Assembly: GCA_000442015.1 (NCBI GenBank)
Contig: KE560907.1
Span: forward strand, 56,225-76,224
Source: Rozella allomycis CSF55
Taxonomy: Eukaryota
Length of the DNA: 20,000 nt
Reading direction: 5' to 3'
How positions within the stretch are numbered: position 1 is the stretch's first letter; each line of letters begins with the position of its first letter. A program made the translations under genes and the position numbers. The notes beneath the pieces were generated by a model. That model was given only the letters and a program-made list of their open reading frames with translations, was not told where the DNA came from and made no database searches. Of the stretch, positions 1 to 8,856 are shown in pieces.

Positions 1-709
1 CCTTCCAATTCTTGTTGATTTCCATAAATTTGGCTAATAAATCCATGTTTCAATGCTTCATCTGCATGAAATGTTCTTCCTGTAAGGCATACTTCTCTAA
101 CCCAGCTCTATAATACATAGCCATGTATTATACCTGATTCCCGACTACTTTTGGAAACCTTTGAAGAGATCCAACATCGGCACAAAGCCCAATATCAACT
201 TCCTTTAATCAAAGCATAACTATGAAATCACCTTTACGGAAAACTTGGCATCCGCACTCGCCAATCTTATGTCACAGGCGCTAATAATGTCCACTCCAGC
301 ACCAATACATGCATTGTGTACAGCAGCTATTACTGGTTTATTGCACTTTTCCACTGCTGAAACACCGTCCTGCATTGGTCCTAGGATTTGCCTAATTAAC
401 AAGGCAGATCGCGAAGGGTCGCTTTTCTTTTGGTTTGCAAGTGCAGCAAAGTCCATTACTATAACCATTCATATTAAATATTACAATCAATTCCGGAACA
501 GAAATGTTTTCCTTGGCCACTAAGAATAATGCAGCGAACGACTGGGTCCTTGTCCAAATCTTCAAACGCTTGCTTGAATTCTCCCCAGAATCTTTAAAGT
601 GAATTGCATTTTTCTACTTGTAAATTAAAGAGTTGTGTTTTGATGGGTTGTTTAATTCAACAAAAGCAATGTGGCCTTTTTTGCTAACGATGATGGTTTC
701 AAATTGCAT
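1..709 (-). CDS. ECH1: Delta(3,5)-Delta(2,4)-dienoyl-CoA isomerase (crotonase/enoyl-CoA hydratase family), 3' end outside window; introns 592-617, 459-484, 203-231, 108-133
   Basis: Spliced translation MQFETIIVSKKGHIAFVELNNPSKHNSL...GKHFCSGIDL...KPVIAAVHNACIGAGVDIISACDIRLASADAKFSVKEVDIGLCADVGSLQRFPKVVGNQSWVREVCLTGRTF. The EVDIGLxADVGxLQR motif is typical of ECH1. Four GT-AG introns of 26-29 nt restore the frame. Confidence 0.92.
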
Positions 710-973
710 TTTTCGAATTTGTCAAATGCACTAGAATTTTTTGATGAGTATCAGAATTCACGGTTCGTTAGAATTACAGTCAAAATTTATAATACCGAGC
801 TAGTTATGAAAAATACATTTATTCAAGTTTGCCACAAAGAGTGTTTTAAATTTCGTTTGCATCAGTTTCGCTAATGAAGATGTTGCGTAGAACTGTAGTC
901 GTCTAAGAAATATTCATTAAATGATTTCTGATAAGTGGCTTTTCTAAATTTTGGATAACTTACCCCTGCAAAA

Positions 974-2827
974 ATGCCAAACGAGGGAGACACACCAATC
1001 AAGGCATGGGAACAAAGAAGAGCTGTAAAGTAAAAATTTACAATTTATACTATAGAATCGGAGGAAATGGGATGGAAAACCCATTTAAAGTGTCTATGAA
1101 GATGCCGTGTTGGATGAAACCAGGTAATAAGAAAGTTCATGAAGATTCACCTCATCCAAAGGTAAGAGGTCATAATGGGTGGTATAATAGATGATGAGGC
1201 GAGAGTTTAAAATAGATAGCAATACCGTGGTAGAGGATGACATTGAAAAGGACGATAACTTTAATCCGGGGACAGAGGGAAATCAAGGATTTGTAGTGGA
1301 AGAAAATCAAGGTGGGTGGATGAATGAAGATATGAACAGCAACAGTATGAATAGCAAAATGGTGGAACCAATTGAGAATAAGACAATAATGAATGAATTT
1401 CATGCTATAGGCAACGAACGCAATCAAGACAAAAAGGGAGATATATTAGACAGCATTATGAATTTGATTTCAGCACAGAGGAATGAATGTGAAAATGATA
1501 GAAATGAGATTGAAAAGCAAGTAAGAATATTTTCAACGAGAGAAATAGAAAATGATGATTTCCAACTACAAGGGTATAATACTAAGACAAGCGAATCAAT
1601 TAAAGAATTTAAAGAAATCGATAAAAGAAAATAGAATTGACAAAGTTGATGCAACTGTAATTTTCCATGACAGGATTGAAGAAATGAAAAATCAAATAAA
1701 ACATATTTTGGATTTGTCAAAAGATTATGAAAATGTTAAACAAAAATTAATAAATTTCAAAAATAAATTTGATGAAAAAATTGAAGAAAAAAATCGAGAT
1801 TTGAAAGAAAAGGAAAAAGATCTTGAAATTAAGAAATCTTGTTTGGAAAATTCTTTAAATGAAATAGAGATCTTAAAAAAAGAAATTCAAAAGAAAAGTG
1901 AGAATGAAAGTGAATTGAAAAGTAAAGTATTTGATCTAGAAAAAGAAATTCTAAAAATCATTCAAGAAAATGACGAAACTTTGAAATCAATTAATGAAAA
2001 TCATGAAAAAGATTTCATTGAATTAAAAAAGATTCATCTAGATCAAATTTCTAGCTTGGAAATTTCACATTCTGAATCTGTTAAAAGTAAAACCCTTAAA
2101 CCTTAAATCTAAAAATAGAACTGATCAATACCCATGAAATAACAATTTCTGAATTAAAGCAATCCTTTGAATCCCAAAAACAAAATTTATTAAAAGATAA
2201 AGAAATTGAAATTGAAGAATTAAAATCAAAAAGTGAATCTGAGATTAAAGATTTAAATGTAAAAATTCAAGAAGAAAAAGAGAAAATTCAGGAGCCCAAA
2301 ATAGATCTAAATCTTTTATTGGAAGAAAAAGAAGAAAAGTTTGAAAAAGAAAAAAAGGAACTTTATTCAGCCTTGCAGACAGAAATAACAAAATTAACAA
2401 ATGAAAAGAATCAATTAAATCTTTCCATTAAAACACTTCAAGATCAAATTCATTTACTGTCTCAAAAGAAAGACACATCTGATAGCATAACTCAAACTGA
2501 TCAAATTCAAACACCTTCTGTATTCTATTCATTCTTCTTAGATTAGACTGACATTGACTCTCACGTTAAATCTATTCTTCAAGAATTAGGAAATGAAATT
2601 AAAGAGTCTGACTCTAAAAATAAATCAAAGAGATTACCTTTAAACAACATTGATAGCAACACTCGTCAACGTTCTCCTCTTGCTAGAAAATCTTCAAGAA
2701 AATACACTTCTTCTCAAACAAACAGAAAGAAACTCAAAGTGGTATTTTTATTTCTTTCACTAAATAGGTTTATGATCATGATGTCACACCTGACACGCCA
2801 TCATATTGGCCATCAAGTAATGCATAA
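974..2827 (+). CDS. Long coiled-coil protein of unknown function; introns 1030-1055, 1162-1190, 1521-1548, 2087-2118, 2520-2546, 2742-2767
   Basis: Six GT-AG introns of 26-32 nt join the ORF fragments into one frame from MPNEGDTPIKAWEQRR to a TAA at 2825-2827. The centre is E/K-rich and heptad-like; the tail is basic and S/T/P-rich. Confidence 0.75.
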
Positions 2828-2869
2828 ACAACTAAATAATGTCAATAAAAGAATTCGCTATTTATTTAA

Positions 2870-3325
2870 TCATTCAATTTTTATAACTAGTGGTTTTACA
2901 ATCTGCCATTTAGTGAATGTATCAACCGCAAGGACGTTTATAGTAGCCACTCCTCTCTGTCTAGGCACCGTCCAATAAAACTTAAATGGTCCTTTCAATT
3001 TAAGATAGTCTTTCTGAGTAAATGATTGGCGCTTTCCTGCATCACATGCCGGATATTTGACTTTATTGTTGGGTAATGGTAATTGTCCTGCATTAGTCCA
3101 TGCTAGTATACCCTGTAACTTTGATTTTCCTTCTAATTCCAACACTATTGTTTCTCCTCGTTTAACCTTCGATGGGCCTTTGAGTTTATATCCAAGCTCA
3201 GAATTCTTGCCTCCCATTTTGGCTTTCATTTCTTTCTCAGTTATGGAGCACACTGGAGATCCATTAGGATACGCGCTCACATAAAATATTACCAGTGATA
3301 TCAGAAATATTGCTATGGATTTCAT
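2870..3325 (-). CDS. Small secreted Reeler-like domain protein, intronless
   Basis: Signal peptide MKSIAIFLISLVIFYVSA followed by YPNGSPVC, GIL, C...SFTQ and FYWTVP, matching the Reeler pattern (YPxGAPxxC...GFL...WtaP). Confidence 0.75.
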   Translation of the reverse strand: MKSIAIFLISLVIFYVSAYPNGSPVCSITEKEMKAKMGGKNSELGYKLKGPSKVKRGETIVLELEGKSKLQGILAWTNAGQLPLPNNKVKYPACDAGKRQSFTQKDYLKLKGPFKFYWTVPRQRGVATINVLAVDTFTKWQIVKPLVIKIE

Positions 3326-3379
3326 CCTGAAGAAATAGGGGTAAATTTGAAACACTATATGTCATGCATTTTTTCTCTG

Positions 3380-3410
3380 ATTGGTCCATTAATGGATACG
3401 AAGAACCAAT
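3380..3410. promoter_or_regulatory. Putative bidirectional promoter core: two opposed CCAAT boxes flanking a 12-bp palindrome
   Basis: ATTGG at 3380-3384, TCCATTAATGGA at 3385-3396 and CCAAT at 3406-3410, within the 171-bp gap between divergent starts at 3325 and 3497. Confidence 0.35.
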
Positions 3411-3496
3411 GAAATATTGATCAGCTATTTAATTTTCTGCTGTAATTGAAAAACTATAGCACATTATTAATTTCAGAAAAATCATAAATATTTTTG

Positions 3497-4206
3497 ATGG
3501 TCCTATTTTTTAAGAGCACTGGTACGTTAATTTACCTAAAATTTAAAAGTCATTGATCCACCTGCCGAAATATATATGGGAAAAGATAAATTTGAAAGTA
3601 AGCCATAAATTTTCAAAAAATAGACGAGGATTTGATAAAACATGGTTTTGAAGAAGACATCTGGTATTTATCAAGAAATTAAGTTAAGAAAGGTTTCACG
3701 TAGATAATCTGTCTTCTGCTCACGTTTACCTGAGAATGCCGGATGGGATGAAGTGGGATTCTATTCCAGATGCACTTTTGACCGATTGCGCTCAGCTAGT
3801 TAAAGCAAATAGCATTGAAGGAAACAAAAAGGATAATATCAACGTGGTTTATACACCTTGGTCGAATCTAAAAAAGACAAAGGGAATGGAAGTTGGTCAA
3901 GTTGGATTCCACAAAGAAGGCTTGAGAAAAAAGATATTTGTGGAAAAAAGAAGTAACGAAATTGTAAATCGACTGAATAAAACGAAGATTGAAAGAGAAG
4001 TTGATTTTTCTCAAGAAAAGATTAATCGAGATAGAACGAAACGTAAAGAAAGGCAAGAAAGGGAAAGAAAGCAGAGACAAGAGGCCGTGCAAAAACAGAG
4101 AGAAAAAGAAGAACGAGAAAGGCAGTTGCATTATGAAGATGTTTTTGAAAACGCTGTAATGAAATCAAACTATGACAATCAAAATTTGGAAGATGATTTT
4201 ATGTAA
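3497..4206 (+). CDS. CCDC25: CCDC25/Jlp2 family NFACT-R (DUF814) protein; introns 3522-3549, 3598-3623, 3664-3692
   Basis: Spliced [52 protein letters not shown]...[15 protein letters not shown]...[10 protein letters not shown]...VGQVGFH...EDDFM; these are the family's characteristic motifs. Confidence 0.96.
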
Positions 4207-4221
4207 AAAGGTAATAAATTC

Positions 4222-5215
4222 TCATATATTTCCAATGACTGTTTTTGAGACTAAATCAGATTCATTTTCTCCATTCGTGAATATCACCTTGGTGTTTGGC
4301 GCCTTCGACATATTCGCCAGAGTTTCTAAATATCTGATTTGCATCGCCGCGGGTGTGTTCAAAATATCTGATGCTTCCCTCATTAATTTAGCTGCTGTGA
4401 CTTCGGCACGTGCTGCAATCACTTTGCTTTCCCCGACTCTCTTTGCTGCGGCCACCGCGGAAAGATCTTTCAAAGTATAAAGCATTGAAATTTACCATCC
4501 ATCAAGTCTTTCGAGAACTGTAAATCTTTTATAAGAATGCTTTCAATCCCAACGCCCCATGATTTTGCTGTGTCTTCAATTATTCTTTTAATGTCAAGTG
4601 CGATATCGTCTCTGTTAGATACAAGACTATGCAAGTCACGACTACCAATCGAGTCTCTCAATGTGGTTTGTGCTCTTTCACGTAATGCCAAACTAATATC
4701 TGCCACCTGGCACCGGGCCACAAAGGGATCAACAATATGCCAATACAACACCGAATCAATGCTTACATTAACATTATCCTTGGTCATAACCTTTGTAAGT
4801 AAGAATATTATGTTACCTCTTGCCGTGGTATGTCCATGACTTGAATCGATACCGAAACAACTTCTAGGAATTCTGTTTCAGTGTTAATGGAATGAAGACC
4901 GGGATCCAATATTTTGTACACAACGCCAAATTTACTGACAAGGCCTACATTTCCTTGTGTGACTAGTAATTATGAGAGTTAGCTGATACTTGTTTTCATA
5001 GGGTTAGAGCAACAACAACATGGAATATAGGCACCAAAAAAACCCTTTAAATTGCCATACCAAGTCTTCACATTTTCATAGAGTGCATGGCTGCTTGGTG
5101 GAGTATCACTGATGTCGCGGGCGAAGGTAACAGGTATAGAATACCCGTTTGGGGGTTCTGTTACAAATGCTTGCTTCTGAATTTGTGGAGCAACTGACGG
5201 CATTACTGATTCCAT
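4222..5215 (-). CDS. Stomatin-like SPFH/band-7 protein, paralog A; introns 4963-4989, 4791-4816, 4467-4495
   Basis: GLVSKFG...DPGLH, MTKDNVNVSIDSVLYW, ERAQTTLRD, WGVGIESILIKD, AKLMREASDIL...AMQIRYLETL, and a Cys cluster PCCCCSNP. Confidence 0.92.
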
Positions 5216-5255
5216 AATAGATTGGGACTACCCTGGCAAAACTATATTGACAACA

Positions 5256-6203
5256 ATGGACGAAAAATCAAGTATGGATTCTCTTCTGGCCCAAAACAAA
5301 GTTAATGAGTACATAAATACGCCTCCAGTAGATAATATACCGCCGGCTTACAGCATTCCAAATTCATTTGCAAAGACATTGGATGTGCAGCCCCCTTCAC
5401 ATGGCTCTTATGAGAAACTATTAAATGCATGGGGTAATTGTATGGGGTTTTTAGGTGCCTACATTCCCTGTTGCTTTTGTTGTCCTTCTCCATTTAAAAT
5501 AGGTAAAATTATGATATAGGAAAAAACAGTACCACAGGGATATGCAGGGCTTGTCAGTAGATTTGGGAAAGTATACAAAATAGTTGATCCTGGTCTTCAT
5601 TTTGTGAATTTAATGACCGAAAACCTAGAAATGATGGGGATTAAGGTTAATGTTTCTGGAGTTCCAAGACAGCAAGTTATGACTAAAGATAACGTTTCTA
5701 TTTCCGTTGATTCGGTTCTTTATTGGCATGTAATTGATCCCTTTGCAGCCAGATATCAAGTTTCTAACGTTGAAAAAGCTTTGTCTGAAAGAGCCCAAAC
5801 CACTCTAAAAGACGTTATTGGGGCTCATGATTTACAGACTATTGTGTCAAACAGAGAAAAGGTTGCAGCGGAAATAAGAAACATTATCGACAAACCATCA
5901 AGATCCTGGGGCGTTGTAATCGAGTCAGTTTTAATAATGGATATAAGATTTTCTCAAGAAATGTTATTAGATCTAAGTGCTGCCGCGAAACAGAAACGAT
6001 TGGGAGAGAGTAAGGTAATAACAGCTCAGGCTGAAGTTGAAAGCGCTAAGCTAATGAGAGAAGCCTCAGACATTTTAGCTTCAAGTGCTGCTATGCAAAT
6101 TCGATACTTAGATACGCTAACAACAATGGCAAAACACGGTGATCAAAAAGTCATCTTCATGCCAACTGTTCATTCTACTAGTACTGACAATAAGAAAAAA
6201 TAA
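5256..6203 (+). CDS. Stomatin-like SPFH/band-7 protein, paralog B; single intron 5503-5529
   Basis: VPQGYAGLVSRFG...DPGLH, MTKDNVSISVDSVLYW, ERAQTTLKD, AMQIRYLDTL, and a Cys cluster PCCFCCPSP. Clearly homologous to paralog A. Confidence 0.92.
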
Positions 6204-6229
6204 ATAAATTTTGGTCACTTAACTCATAT

Positions 6230-6706
6230 TTATTTGATATGAGCATAGACCACTCGGCCAACATTCGGGTATGATCTGTTGTAATAAGTTTCCCAATCTT
6301 TTAATGTATCGAACTTTTAAATGACAAAATATAACCTTACTTCTTCGTCATTTAAATCATTAAGTTCATTAGAGCACATATCTTCAGTCAAGCATCCTTT
6401 AGCTAATGCCTAAACCAAAAATGCAGATCTATCAATTTACCCTGGCACATTCCCTCCCGGCCAAAATATGATACCCTTTTCCCAGAGCATAAAGATGTCT
6501 TTTGCATGTAACATCATAGATAACTCCGTTAATAGCTACATAGACTGGTTTATGAGAATCTGTCCCATCAAATTCCCGTAGCTCGTCTAGGGTCAACTCA
6601 ACATTAATGGGGTTTTCTTTTTGTAGTTCTTTATTTGTAGAAGCTTCATACTCAGGGATTGCATCTCTTTAACTATAATATTTGCGTTTTACAGATTGGA
6701 AAGCAT
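6230..6706 (-). CDS. DAP1: Cytochrome b5-like heme/steroid-binding MAPR family protein (Dap1/PGRMC-like), absent from the ORF track; introns 6667-6692, 6410-6440, 6314-6340; start codon uncertain
   Basis: Spliced LTLDELREFDGTDSHKPVYVAINGVIYDVTCKRHLYALGKGYHILAGRECARALAKGCLTEDMCSNELNDLNDEEFDTLKDWETYYNRSYPNVGRV is a classic MAPR signature. No N-terminal transmembrane helix is seen in this model. Confidence 0.85.
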
Positions 6707-6923
6707 TTATATGTCGTGGCTTAGATAGAATCAAAAGATCAGATTCAACTTTATCACCCATTGCCTACTAATAGTAATTATAGGAGCTTATAATTCTTCT
6801 TTTGAATTTTTTCGATATTTTGAATAGCTCAATATAATTATACAAAGAGACATTCCCGATTTCTCGAGAGTTTGAGTGATGTTACGTAGATGATTGTCTT
6901 TTCGCTATATTAAATATTACTAT

Positions 6924-7518
6924 ATGTGTAGGGACGTAAAGTGACACGGTCCGATAAATTCTATATTTAGTGTGGCTTGGATTTGCTGCGACTTTTTATG
7001 CCATACCAGGATCTGTATAGTGAAGCTCAAAATACCTTGAAGACATCCAAGTGCCGAATTGGAATTTTGATCTGCTTTACTATTCTAAGTGTAACAAATA
7101 AGCCATGTTAGATAGGAAGATTCAAGTGGTGTACCATTTATATCAAAAGAATCGTTATGACTACGACCTAGACAATTTACTTTCTGTCTATTTGCTTTTT
7201 CTATATTTAACAGGCTTCAAAATCTTTTACCAAAAGCAAATCAACTCTTTACAGTTCTTCAACAAACTTTTCGTTATTAGTGGTTTAGTGGAGACTTTTT
7301 TTGATGCTTTTAAGATTATACCCAGTAAAGCTCTCCTCCTATACGCATACAAACTTGCTGTGTTCTTTTTGTTGCAGTCATATTTTTACGAGCTAGGCAG
7401 AGAACGTCAATACATTATAAATAGGACTGTAAATCAAGATATTCTATCAATGTATTATTATGTTGATTCGGATTCAGAACGATTACCACCATATCAAGCT
7501 ATCGGAAGTCCAGTCTAG
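6924..7518 (+). CDS. Small multi-pass membrane protein with C-terminal LPPY motif; proposed introns 6936-6970 and 7091-7119
   Basis: Proposed splice gives MCRDCGLDLLRLF...RIGILICFTILSIQVVYHLY..., joining ORF 7105-7518. About four hydrophobic segments, ending ERLPPYQAIGSPV. The 5' structure is tentative. Confidence 0.55.
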
Positions 7519-7662
7519 TTTTTACACGCACTATATGACATTTTGACCAATTAAGATTGAACATATAAACTGTAATTAATATCCAATAATAAACCGTTAA
7601 CAATATCGCAGAAAATTTTGTTTCTAAATCCTATTGTGTGGCTAAGCCCAAAAATTAGGGTG

Positions 7663-8789
7663 ATGTCGTTAATGTACATATTTAATCGTGACAAGAGATC
7701 CGAACCCTGCCAAGCGATCGAACTTATTGATTTGAAATCTTCTTTGGGCACCTCATTGCTATTTGCTGGGTACATAACATTCTTTTGCCATTAATGACTA
7801 GTGCTGAAAATGGTGAGATATGTTGCTATTCGCTCGATGATAAAAAAAGAAGATTTTATTTTAAAGCTCACAATAATTGCATTCTTCAACTTAAGTCTTT
7901 TGCCTTTGATAGTGGAATTATTCTTGTTTCTCAGGGAAGAGATTCTTATATTCATCAATGGTTATTCAATTTTAATGAAAGCAATATTCTGAAAAATACA
8001 GATTCTGAAGTTAACCTTAAAGCCTGCAGATCTGTATCAGTGCAAAATTTTAGTTTTTGCAGAATGGAAATAATGCGACGACCGTCAAATGAATTAATTG
8101 GACTTTTACCGGAAGAAAATAATGTATATTTCTTTATTTTTTAATATCAGATATTAATTTTTAATTTGACGTCCAATGAAAGAGTAGATGTCATTTTGAC
8201 CAATGAAAAAACAAATGGTTCATTGATGTGCCTAATACCTTTAAAAGTTGAAAGTCATTCAATTCTTTTAGCTTCAGGACATGAAAGCGGTTCAATATCT
8301 GTATATTGTTATAATTTTCTTTTACGTAAAATAACCTTGACTCACTCCATCAAACTACATAAAGAACCCAGTAAGTCATATAATAGGAATATAAAAGTCA
8401 TGTCAATTGCTTCTCTGGGAAATGCTATTGTTACAACTTCAGTTGATAATATATTGTACATGCTTCAATTCAGCGATTTGACGGATGACTCAAAAACAGA
8501 ATTAGAATATGAAAAATACAACTGCAAGTTGCCTTCACATGGCGTCAATCATGTTTGCGTAAACTCAGATTTGAAAATGATGACTGTATCTAGTTGGGAT
8601 TGTTCGTAATTGGGTGTCATTGAATATTTTAGTGTATACATATATAGTCGCTCTTTACGGCTTAAAAAAACTCTATCGTTACATCGAGACAGCATTTATT
8701 GCTCGATATTTTTCCAGAATGCTGAAAGAGATTTCCTTGCAGTTAGTTCAAAAGATGGGCTTATTAGCTTGTGGGACTTGACTAAATGA
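7663..8789 (+). CDS. ASA1: WD40 protein of the ASA1/GNB1L family; introns 7770-7801, 8124-8150, 8371-8397, 8606-8632
   Basis: LLFAGAENGEI...FKAH...LVSQGRD...FSFCRM...LLASGHESGSI...HKEPIMSI...GVNHVCVNSDLKMMTVSSWD...LAVSSKDGLISLWDL follows the ASA1/GNB1L motif order. Confidence 0.8.
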
Positions 8790-8856
8790 TTAGAGCAAAA
8801 GAAATAAATAACAATTTTTGACATGCAGAGTAACGAATAGGTTGATAACATTTATT

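Noticed and set aside
245..523. Plus-strand ORF, and similar antisense ORFs such as 3057-3284, 3868-4131, 4172-4480, 4537-4839, 7551-7775, 15569-15883 and 19402-19935
   Set aside because: They are shadows of well-supported genes on the opposite strand and have no recognisable motifs.
6707..6761. Upstream ATG (MGDKVESDLL) as the DAP1 start
   Set aside because: The plausible micro-intron choices I tried lead to a stop or the wrong frame, whereas the ATG at 6706 splices in frame.
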